From Deltaproteobacteria bacterium (lineage in GTDB: Bacteria; UBA10199; JACPAL01; JACOUP01), in assembly GCA_016177765.1 (NCBI GenBank), contig JACOUP010000003.1, positions 95,384 to 159,383 on the forward strand: DNA of 64,000 bases. Direction: 5' to 3'. The notes under the pieces are model-generated. The model was given only the letters and a program-made list of their open reading frames with translations. It was not told where the DNA came from and did no database searches. A program made the position numbers and the translations under genes. Positions 19,488 through 26,512 of the stretch are shown in pieces; within the stretch, counting starts at the first letter, position 1, and every line of letters starts with the position of its first letter.

Positions 19488-20612
19488 ATGAAACAGCGAA
19501 AGACACGCGAAATCCGGATCAAAAATTTAAAGATTGGCGGGAAGAACCCGATCGCCGTCCAGTCGATGGCAGCCACCAAAACAACCGATATTCCGGCGAC
19601 CCTTCGTCAGGTGAAGATCCTGGAGAAGGCGGGGGCGGATCTCATACGGATTGCGATCGACAACATGCGGGATCTGGAGGCGCTCTCCGAGATCAGCAGA
19701 GAGACCGACAAACCGCTCTCGGTCGACCTTCAGGAAAATTGGAAATTGGCGGAGCCGGTTGCCCCCTATGTCCACAAGATCCGTTATAACCCGGGACACC
19801 TTCACCATATTGAGAAAGACAAAACGGTCGAACAAAAAGTCGCCTGGATTGCGGCGATTGCGGGGAAGCATGATCTCGCGATCCGGATCGGTGTGAACTG
19901 CGGTTCCGTCGCGCCGGACTTTTTGGCCAAATACCCGACAGAAGAAGAAGCGATGATTCAATCGGCTGCCTACCACTGCAAGCTTTTAGATGACTTGGGT
20001 TTTACAAACTACTGTGTCTCTCTCAAAGATTCTGACCCCAAGAAGGTGATCGATATCAATAAAAAATTTGCCGCGTTGCGGCCGGACGTGCCGTTGCATT
20101 TGGGGGTCACCGAAGCGGGCCTCCCGCCGGAAGGGGTCATCAAGACGCGTGTTGCCTTTGAACAGTTGATCAGTCAGGGGATCGGCGACACGATTCGCGT
20201 TTCTTTAACAGTCCCTTTTGATAACAAGGGGGAGGAGATCAGGGTCGGTCGGCAGATTTTGGATGATATCGAGCATGGCCGTTTTCGATCGGTCCCCGAT
20301 TTTGGGGATAAAAAGCTGAATATCATTTCCTGTCCCTCTTGCTCACGTGTCGAAAACGAAAAATTTGTCGATCTGGCGATCAAGGTGAGGGAGATGACCC
20401 AGTATGCGAAGGAACACCGGCTCACGATTGCCATCATGGGGTGTCGTGTGAACGGCCCGGGGGAGACGGATGACGCCGACCTCGGCCTCTGGTGCGCCCC
20501 GACGGTGGTGAATCTCAAAAAGAAGGATGAATTAATAGGAACTTATTCTTACGAAGAGATTATTCCTCGTCTGAAGCAGGAAGTTGACCGGCTGATTGCC
20601 CAACAAAAGTAG
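19488..20612 (+). CDS. ispG: 4-hydroxy-3-methylbut-2-en-1-yl diphosphate synthase IspG (GcpE)
   Basis: 374 aa with TIM-barrel N-domain and Fe-S cysteines ([17 protein letters not shown]). Confidence 0.95.
   Translation: MKQRKTREIRIKNLKIGGKNPIAVQSMAATKTTDIPATLRQVKILEKAGADLIRIAIDNMRDLEALSEISRETDKPLSVDLQENWKLAEPVAPYVHKIRYNPGHLHHIEKDKTVEQKVAWIAAIAGKHDLAIRIGVNCGSVAPDFLAKYPTEEEAMIQSAAYHCKLLDDLGFTNYCVSLKDSDPKKVIDINKKFAALRPDVPLHLGVTEAGLPPEGVIKTRVAFEQLISQGIGDTIRVSLTVPFDNKGEEIRVGRQILDDIEHGRFRSVPDFGDKKLNIISCPSCSRVENEKFVDLAIKVREMTQYAKEHRLTIAIMGCRVNGPGETDDADLGLWCAPTVVNLKKKDELIGTYSYEEIIPRLKQEVDRLIAQQK
20553..20601 (+). repeat. Direct repeat A (3' end of ispG) flanking the AbiE islet
   Basis: 43/49 nt identical to 22036-22084 by manual alignment, with a perfect 20-nt core ATTCCTCGTCTGAAGCAGGA. 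Confidence 0.85.
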
Positions 20613-20624
20613 CTCCATTTCATA

Positions 20625-20659
20625 TTGACAGATAGTATTAAAATATAATAATATCTGTC
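20625..20659 (+). promoter_or_regulatory. Sigma-70-type promoter (TTGACA-N18-TAATAT) overlapped by the inverted repeat GACAGATA-N17-TATCTGTC (candidate AbiEi operator)
   Basis: -35 at 20625-20630, -10 at 20649-20654, inverted repeat arms at 20627-20634 and 20652-20659. The abiEi ATG at 20663 has no SD, so the mRNA may be leaderless. Confidence 0.5.
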
Positions 20660-20662
20660 TTT

Positions 20663-21280
20663 ATGAAGATAGATGCCAAAATATTCTTGGCCCTGCAATC
20701 TCTCATTCCAAAACATCGCGGGATTTTTACCGTTAGTGACTTGAGCAATCTGTTGTTGGCAAAAAGGGAGGTCGAGGTCCAACAAAAACTGAAACCTTTT
20801 TTGAAAGAAAAAATTCTAAACCGTTTTTGCCGTGGGATCTATGTTACCCAAAATTTTGATTTGGACGATCTCTCCCAGCGAATTTGTCCCGACTCTGCCA
20901 TCAGCTTTGGATCGGTGCTTGCAAAAGAGAGGCTCATCGGATCGATCCCGCAGAAAGCGGTCTACGCGGTGAAAATCGGCAAGACACGGATTTATAAATC
21001 TCCATTGGGGCAGGTGGTGCATTTGGGATTTGCAGGGAGCGGCTTGAAAATGTGGTTTGGATATGAAATGGGAACAAACGGCATTCGGTATGCCGATGCA
21101 GAAAAAGCATTTTTGGACACCCTTTACTTTTATCAAAAGGGGCACAAATTTTCATTTAATCTCTATTCGGATATTCAGATTGATCGCTTGAATCAAAAAA
21201 AACTGCGGCGGTATTTGGGCCGATACAAAAATCCAAAATTTAGGACATTTGTCCAAGGAGTTCTGGATGGATACCGTTAA
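20663..21280 (+). CDS. AbiEi-family type IV toxin-antitoxin antitoxin / transcriptional regulator
   Basis: N-terminal wHTH-like segment GIFTVSDLSNLL...LKEKILNRFCRGIYV (AbiEi_4-type rGxY motif). Sits immediately upstream of, and overlaps, an AbiEii-like gene. Confidence 0.6.
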   Translation: MKIDAKIFLALQSLIPKHRGIFTVSDLSNLLLAKREVEVQQKLKPFLKEKILNRFCRGIYVTQNFDLDDLSQRICPDSAISFGSVLAKERLIGSIPQKAVYAVKIGKTRIYKSPLGQVVHLGFAGSGLKMWFGYEMGTNGIRYADAEKAFLDTLYFYQKGHKFSFNLYSDIQIDRLNQKKLRRYLGRYKNPKFRTFVQGVLDGYR

Positions 21281-22019
21281 ATCTGACGAATCGTTGCGTG
21301 TCTTGATCATCAATCATCTGGGGAAACAGCTGGGAGAGCACGCCATTCTTAAAGGAGGGATGGTACTGAGGCTTCTCGATTGCCCGCGCACCACAAACGA
21401 TCTCGACTATATTTTCGTTCCGTTCAAATCCAAGAAGGAGATCGTGCCGCTAGTTTTGGAAGTATTAAAGGAGCTGGAAGAGGTGACCGTGCAACATCGT
21501 TTGCATTCTACCAACGCGCAATTTGATGTCACCCTAAAAAATGAGTTCGGGACCTTTCGAACGCAACTTGAAGTCAATGTTTCGAATCATTGCGAAACAG
21601 AGCCGCTGACAACGGGGGATTTTGCACTGCAGTTCCAACAATCCCCCCAAATTATCCGTGTCATGCGGTTTGATGTGATGCTGGCTCACAAACTGGCCGC
21701 TTGGAATGAACGGCGTCTCATGCGTGATTTGTACGATGCCTATTTTATCTACAAGAATCTGAACATCACTCCCAACCTGGATCTATTACAAGGCCGTTTG
21801 CAAGATGTTCATTACGCCAAGCGGATGTCCGGAAGATCGCTCCCCAAAAAGATGAGCCTTGAAGAGTTTTGGCAATTGTTAGCCTCGGAATTAAAGACTC
21901 TGACACCCGCCGATCTCGAAAATGAACTTCGAGATTCGTTAGATACCCATCAGCTATTGGGCCTCGACAAAAAAATCACGATTGCTCTGACGCAGATGAT
22001 GGATCAAGTGGCCATCTAG
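21267..22019 (+). CDS. Nucleotidyltransferase AbiEii/AbiGii toxin family protein
   Basis: ILKGGMVLRLLDCPRTTNDLDYIF matches the LKGGTAL...R.T.DLD NTase signature of DUF1814/AbiEii. AAGGAG lies 6 nt upstream of ATG 21267. Confidence 0.7.
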   Translation: MDTVKSDESLRVLIINHLGKQLGEHAILKGGMVLRLLDCPRTTNDLDYIFVPFKSKKEIVPLVLEVLKELEEVTVQHRLHSTNAQFDVTLKNEFGTFRTQLEVNVSNHCETEPLTTGDFALQFQQSPQIIRVMRFDVMLAHKLAAWNERRLMRDLYDAYFIYKNLNITPNLDLLQGRLQDVHYAKRMSGRSLPKKMSLEEFWQLLASELKTLTPADLENELRDSLDTHQLLGLDKKITIALTQMMDQVAI

Positions 22020-22035
22020 CAGGCACCGCCATGGG

Positions 22036-22084
22036 GGAGAGATCATTCCTCGTCTGAAGCAGGAGGTTGATCGCCCGATTGCCC
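22036..22084 (+). repeat. Direct repeat B (displaced remnant of the ispG 3' end)
   Basis: See repeat A. Extends in frame to TGA at 22103-22105, overlapping the 3' end of the convergent 721-aa gene. Confidence 0.85.
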
Positions 22085-22091
22085 GGAAGGC

Positions 22092-24257
22092 TTACTTCCT
22101 GATTGCCTCTTGACGCAGAGTTTCAAGATAGAGGTCCGCCCTCTCGGGCGAAACCCTCCGGTAGTTTGCCAACGCCTTATCCTGCCATTCCTTTATTTTA
22201 GCGGCCCGTTCTTCTAGTTCCTTTGCCGGGACCCCTCTCTTGGTTTGCATCTGAATGGCGAAGGCTTGGTCATTCTGGAGGTCCGCCGCCTGTTCATAAA
22301 GAGTGGCGTCCTCATAAATCCTGACACCCCTTTCCGGATCTTTAAGATCGTTGATGGCGGTGAGGGCGGCGGCTTCGACTTTTCCGAGGCGAAGGTAGTC
22401 GGTAATCGCCCCTTCAGGATCTCCATCAGCGGATTTGAGATCGGCTAGATTTTCCGGATTGTCCCCGGAAAACCTCCTGGCAATATCTGGTTTGCCTTCT
22501 TGAAGGGCAAAGCGGAAGAGGTCTTGTTCCGCCTCCCCCATTTCCAAGAGGGCATTGACCATCCCTTCCGTATCTTCCCCGTTATCGGCAAAGAGGTGCG
22601 AGGCAAGATCTTCCAATAGGGTTGAATTATCGAAGGAATGCCCTGTCTTTTGAAAGTAGGCCTTGGCGAGGAGGTACTGATCCTTGGGCTGAAGGACGGG
22701 AACCCCTTTTTCATTGGTTGTTTGAATGCACCTTTTCATGTACTCCGGATTTCGGGAGAGAAGGACCAAGCGGATGATTTCCTCAGTATCCCCTCGGGCC
22801 TCGGCCAGGCTGATAAAGTCCGAGAAAAAATTCTGCTGTGCATTAAGGGGGATTGGTTTCCCCTCATGATAGTCGGAGAGATTGAAATAATTGTGAGGCA
22901 TAGTCTCATCTGGAGGCCAGAAGTTCATGGAACCGCCGTCCCCCTGCGGTTCAAAGAAATCGAGGCGCCCTTGGTTCAAGACCCATCCTTCCTGAGACCG
23001 TGCAAATTCTACTGCAACAGGAAAGAGGATTCTGTTACCGGTAAAGGGGAGGTAGTTCTGGCCGCCATCGACGGTTTCTCCATAAACCCCGACGGTGATC
23101 TTCCCATCGTCTCTTGTTTGGGGGAGTTGTATCTCCGAGTAAAATCGTTCGACGACGTTGGTTTCCAGGGAAAGACTCCCCCCAAATTGTTTCAAGGTGA
23201 GCTGGGTTCCCCCCGGGGTATCTGCATAAATGGAATCAAAGGTGGGGTTTTGTAGTTCTACCATAACGTTATTCCCTTCCCGCAGGCTGAATTTGAGTCT
23301 CGGCTCGATAGCGTAGTTATTTTCTCTAGCGAGGATTTCAATAGTACTTGCTTGATAATCTCTGGGCCGGATGGCACCGGGGGTCATCTCCCCAAAGGAA
23401 AAGAAGGTAGGCTTGGAGACAGTGAATATCCCGTAACTCTTGGCGATATCCTCCCCGTTGCCGGCAGGGGGCTCGCCAAAGCCGAAGCGTGAGCGGGGGG
23501 AAAAACCGAACCGGTCCGGGTCGATCAGGACAACGTCTCCATTTTCGACAAAGAGAGAATTGTCCTCTCTCTCTGCCGGTTGGATGAGAAGCCTTTGACT
23601 GGTTGTCACCACAGGGTAACCATCAGGACCGGGGATCACGCGGAAACTTTTATTGGAAACCAGGGTGAAGCTCCCCGATGAGGTCGTTAATTGAACCGTT
23701 CCCTCGGGCCTCGCCCCGTCGCGCGAAAGGGCAGCTTTTTCCACCTGGAGGGAAAATTGTTCCTCCACCAACTCACCATTTTCAAGGAGTGGTTGTTCCC
23801 CGTCACTGCGGAGTGTTCCTTGGGTGACCAGCATCGTCCCGTTATTATCCTGAAGGGTTCCTCCCTCGGTTACGCTCCAGTCGTGGGGATAGAGCCCCGG
23901 CTGGATAATCAGACCGGCCGAGGTGGTGCACGGTTTGCTGGTAACCTGATCCAGCGTCGCCCCAGCCGGAAGTAGTTCCATGGGAGGGGAGGGTTTGAGT
24001 TGGCTCAGATAACTTTGGAGCGTCCGGACCATCTCCCGCCGTTGGGGGGCGGGGAGTTCATCAAATCTTTCAAAGGTATCGCGGTTCTGGCTGACAAAAA
24101 AACCGATCCCTTTCTCTTTTTCCAGACGTCCTTCCATCTCTGCCAACTTCAACTCATCAATCTCCCCATCCGGTTCCTTCCCGAGCCCGTAGCGATCGAG
24201 CGATTCAAAGAGCCGGCGGAGTTCGGGGGAGAACTGTCTGTAAGAAATGGGGGCCAT
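22092..24257 (-). CDS. Hypothetical protein (ORFan, 721 aa, no signal peptide, helical C-terminal third)
   Basis: 2.17-kb uninterrupted ORF, 38 nt downstream of the YD-repeat lipoprotein gene on the same strand. No motif recognised. Confidence 0.7.
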   Translation of the reverse strand: MAPISYRQFSPELRRLFESLDRYGLGKEPDGEIDELKLAEMEGRLEKEKGIGFFVSQNRDTFERFDELPAPQRREMVRTLQSYLSQLKPSPPMELLPAGATLDQVTSKPCTTSAGLIIQPGLYPHDWSVTEGGTLQDNNGTMLVTQGTLRSDGEQPLLENGELVEEQFSLQVEKAALSRDGARPEGTVQLTTSSGSFTLVSNKSFRVIPGPDGYPVVTTSQRLLIQPAEREDNSLFVENGDVVLIDPDRFGFSPRSRFGFGEPPAGNGEDIAKSYGIFTVSKPTFFSFGEMTPGAIRPRDYQASTIEILARENNYAIEPRLKFSLREGNNVMVELQNPTFDSIYADTPGGTQLTLKQFGGSLSLETNVVERFYSEIQLPQTRDDGKITVGVYGETVDGGQNYLPFTGNRILFPVAVEFARSQEGWVLNQGRLDFFEPQGDGGSMNFWPPDETMPHNYFNLSDYHEGKPIPLNAQQNFFSDFISLAEARGDTEEIIRLVLLSRNPEYMKRCIQTTNEKGVPVLQPKDQYLLAKAYFQKTGHSFDNSTLLEDLASHLFADNGEDTEGMVNALLEMGEAEQDLFRFALQEGKPDIARRFSGDNPENLADLKSADGDPEGAITDYLRLGKVEAAALTAINDLKDPERGVRIYEDATLYEQAADLQNDQAFAIQMQTKRGVPAKELEERAAKIKEWQDKALANYRRVSPERADLYLETLRQEAIRK

Positions 24258-24295
24258 CGCTAAGTAGGTATTTTACGTCAAACGCCCTTATTTTA

Positions 24296-25372
24296 CTACA
24301 GTGAGTCATCGAGACTCAAAGGTTGCTGGATCGGGGTGTAATCCTCTTCCAAGATGGTGACCTGTGAATTGAGGTCTCCACCATGCCCCTTGTAGGTCAA
24401 CGGTTTTCCCTTGTCATCGTAGGTCCATTCTCTGGAATAGGTTACCGGTGAGGCGAGGTCTCCACTATGCCACTTGTGGGTCAACGGCCTCCCCTTGTCA
24501 TCGTAGGTCCATTCTCTGGAATAGGTTACCGGTGAGGCGAGGTCTCCACAGGTTACCGGTGAGGCGAGGTCTCCACTATGTTCCTTGTAGGTCAACTTAT
24601 TTCCCTTGTCATCGTAGGTCCATTCGCTGGAAGAGGTTAACGATGAGTTGAGGTCTCCACTATGTTCCTTGTAGGTCAACTTATTTCCCTTGTCATCGTA
24701 GGTCCATTCTCTGGAAGAGGTTACCGGTGAATTGAGACCTTTCTCATGTTCTTTATAGGTCAGGATTCCCCCTTTGTTGTTATAAAGGGATTCCAAGGAT
24801 CCGGTGACTCTGGAGGAGAGTGCCGGAACGGGTGGCCCTTGTCTGAGGGGGATTACAATTTTACCGATAGAGGTGAGGAGCCTCCTCTCCTGATCCCATG
24901 TCGTTTCAACGACCCCATTGGCATACACGGAACGTCCGTTGAACAGACCGACTTGTTGATGAAACTCTGTCTTCTTGAGGGGGAGCCAATAGTAGACCCC
25001 ATCGCAGTTAAAATCCTTGAATCCGTCGTCATTTTCCCATTTTGTGCTCCCGGGGTTTACTGTTTTATCATTATCGTTACAATCAGTCTTGTTGGCGACA
25101 TAACCGGCCGGGGGGGTTCCCTCTTTTGAATCGAGAGGGGATAAGGGGTCACCAAACCCATCCCCGTCTTTATCGGCAAAGTACTGGAAGGCCTGTTGGG
25201 TCCCGTTGCCCGGTTGTTGGGTGCCGGGGGGAGGGGTTGTTTCATCCCCCTTTTTTTCTTCTTTTTTATCCTCAGGCTTTGTCTCTTCCTTACTGCCATC
25301 ACACCCAGTCCAGTAAAGGAAGAAGCAGAGAAGGGGGAGGAGGAAAAAGAGGCTTCTTACCGGTTGTTTCAT
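24296..25372 (-). CDS. Putative lipoprotein with a MopE-like Cys/Asp metal-binding motif and about five YD-type 28-aa repeats
   Basis: Start at ATG 25372 (GGAG 8 nt upstream) gives MKQPVRSLFFLLPLLCFFLYWTGC, a signal peptide plus lipobox-like TGC. Also DKDGDGFGDP...CNDNDKTVNPG, and repeats SREWTYDDKGxxLTYKEHSGDLxSxVT. The track's longer N-terminus runs through intergenic palindromes. Confidence 0.75.
   Translation of the reverse strand: MKQPVRSLFFLLPLLCFFLYWTGCDGSKEETKPEDKKEEKKGDETTPPPGTQQPGNGTQQAFQYFADKDGDGFGDPLSPLDSKEGTPPAGYVANKTDCNDNDKTVNPGSTKWENDDGFKDFNCDGVYYWLPLKKTEFHQQVGLFNGRSVYANGVVETTWDQERRLLTSIGKIVIPLRQGPPVPALSSRVTGSLESLYNNKGGILTYKEHEKGLNSPVTSSREWTYDDKGNKLTYKEHSGDLNSSLTSSSEWTYDDKGNKLTYKEHSGDLASPVTCGDLASPVTYSREWTYDDKGRPLTHKWHSGDLASPVTYSREWTYDDKGKPLTYKGHGGDLNSQVTILEEDYTPIQQPLSLDDSL
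24353..24790 (-). repeat. 84-bp tandem repeat array (about 5 units) encoding the YD-type repeats
   Basis: The AGGTCCATTC unit recurs at 24421, 24505, 24616 and 24700 (period 84; one unit is 111 = 84+27). Confidence 0.85.
24524..24577 (-). repeat. 27-bp tandem duplication (26/27 identical) inside one repeat unit
   Basis: GGTTACCGGTGAGGCGAGGTCTCCACA / GGTTACCGGTGAGGCGAGGTCTCCACT. Encodes GDLASPVTCGDLASPVTY. Confidence 0.9.
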
Positions 25373-25401
25373 AGAGTGATCTCCTTGGTAATATAACTTA
25401 A

Positions 25402-25417
25402 AGCAAGCTTCATGCCA
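25402..25417 (-). promoter_or_regulatory. Sigma-54-type promoter TGGCAT-GAAGC-TTGCT upstream of the lipoprotein/721-aa operon
   Basis: The minus strand reads TTGGCATGAAGCTTGCTT. GG and GC have the canonical spacing and 15/16 match YTGGCACGrNNNTTGCW. The predicted TSS near 25391 leaves a ~19-nt leader containing GGAG. Confidence 0.55.
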
Positions 25418-25463
25418 AAACATCCCTGTCCTGTCACAAAAACATCTTTTTAATTTTGATAGG

Positions 25464-25507
25464 TTACACGCGTGCCTGGCACAAATGACCCTCGTGGTGC
25501 CAGGCAC
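25464..25507. repeat. Hairpin family TTAYACGCGTGCCTGGCAC-loop-GTGCCAGGCAC, copy 1
   Basis: Arms at 25472-25482 and 25497-25507 (11 bp) with a 14-nt loop. 18/19 left-flank identity with the copy at 42325. Confidence 0.8.
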
Positions 25508-25520
25508 CAAGAGATAAGAT

Positions 25521-25535
25521 TTCTCAAATTGAGAA
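25521..25535. promoter_or_regulatory. Palindrome TTCTCA-AAT-TGAGAA (candidate enhancer/UAS), ~110 bp upstream of the sigma-54 -24 element
   Basis: Perfect inverted repeat. The same half-sites occur twice at 33079-33111. Confidence 0.5.
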
Positions 25536-25570
25536 AGAGGCGTCGGAATTTTGACAACTTCTTTCGTTAC

Positions 25571-25608
25571 GGTACCGGGTACCTTTTGGCCAAAAGGTAC
25601 CCGGTACC
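25571..25608. repeat. Perfect 38-nt palindrome GGTACCGGGTACCTTTTGGCCAAAAGGTACCCGGTACC (copy 2)
   Basis: Identical to 4119-4156. Lies between the divergent lipoprotein gene and trpA. Confidence 0.9.
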
Positions 25609-25656
25609 CAAACTTCGTCTTGTTTTGTCGGAGCGGATTGGTTAGTTTGCCTGCCA

Positions 25657-26397
25657 ATGAAAAAGGCCCTCATCCCATTTTTTACCGCCGGGGACCCCAG
25701 TCTCACAATCACCGAAAAACTGGTGTTGATGGCAGAGGAGGCCGGTGCGACTATTGTAGAGTTGGGGGTTCCATTCTCCGACCCGATGGCCGACGGTCCG
25801 GTGATCCAGGCCGCTTCCGAAAGGGCCCTCAAAAAAGGGGTCACGCTGGAAAAGGTCTTGGCGTTGGTCCGGTCGATCCGCAAGAAAAGTTCTGTTCCCC
25901 TCCTCCTGATGGGGTACTACAACCCACTCTACCACTTTGGTCTCAGAAGGTTTGCCAAAGAGGCCAGGCGTTCAGGGGTCGATGCGATTTTGGTGGTTGA
26001 TCTCCCGCCGGAAGAATCGTTTGAATTAGATCGTGAGTTGAAAAAGGTTGGGATTGTTCTTGTCTATCTGCTGGCCCCGACCAGTTCTACGGAAAGAATC
26101 AAGATTGTCTGCCGGAAGGCGCGCGGCTTTATCTATTTTGTCTCAGTGACCGGTATTACCGGCGCCTCGTTGAAGGGGGAAGGGGCGATTCGCCGGCAGA
26201 TCCAGAAGATCAAGAGACAAAGCCATCTGCCGGTGGTGATCGGTTTCGGTATTACCCGACCCGAACAGGCAAAGAAAATGGCTCGCCTGGCGGATGGGGT
26301 GGTGGTCGGGAGCGCGTTGGTGAACCTTGTTCATCGAACACACGGTTCGGTTGCTGCGGCCCAAAAAATGGTGGCGAATTTCCGCAGGGCTGTGTAG
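25657..26397 (+). CDS. trpA: Tryptophan synthase alpha chain TrpA
   Basis: LIPFFTAGDPS..., ELGVPFSDPMADGPVIQ, GFGI... motifs; 246 aa. Confidence 0.95.
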   Translation: MKKALIPFFTAGDPSLTITEKLVLMAEEAGATIVELGVPFSDPMADGPVIQAASERALKKGVTLEKVLALVRSIRKKSSVPLLLMGYYNPLYHFGLRRFAKEARRSGVDAILVVDLPPEESFELDRELKKVGIVLVYLLAPTSSTERIKIVCRKARGFIYFVSVTGITGASLKGEGAIRRQIQKIKRQSHLPVVIGFGITRPEQAKKMARLADGVVVGSALVNLVHRTHGSVAAAQKMVANFRRAV

Positions 26398-26404
26398 ATT
26401 GAAA

Positions 26405-26428
26405 CGCCGACCGAATAAATTCGGCGGC
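26405..26428 (+). terminator. Hairpin downstream of trpA (possible intrinsic terminator); two further hairpins follow at 26451-26466 and 26476-26500
   Basis: CGCCGACCGAAT-aaa-ATTCGGCGGC followed by an A/T-rich tract (TAATAAATATAAATT). There is no clean U-run. Confidence 0.4.
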
Positions 26429-26512
26429 TAATAAATATAAATTCCTCTGGAATTCCGGAAGGAATTTGAAAAATTAGCCCACGAATTCATTCGTTGGGCT
26501 TGAGCAGGTACA

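Larger units (their letters stand above)
20602..22084 (+). mobile_element. AT-richer ~1.5-kb islet carrying an AbiEi/AbiEii pair, inserted in the 3' end of ispG; no integrase present
   Basis: Bounded by the 49-bp direct repeats. Composition is visibly more AT-rich than the flanks. The displaced ispG tail at 22036-22105 is still readable in frame ([24 protein letters not shown]). Confidence 0.55.

Noticed and set aside
25373-25657. N-terminal extensions offered by the ORF track. Examples: 24296-25657, 42333 start, 33247 start, 8564 start, 15108 start, 30023 start, 59555 start, 4774-5331, 7949-8773, 62740 start.
   Set aside because: The extensions run through intergenic palindromes or overlap neighbouring genes. 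Internal starts give canonical family N-termini or signal peptides and have SD sequences.
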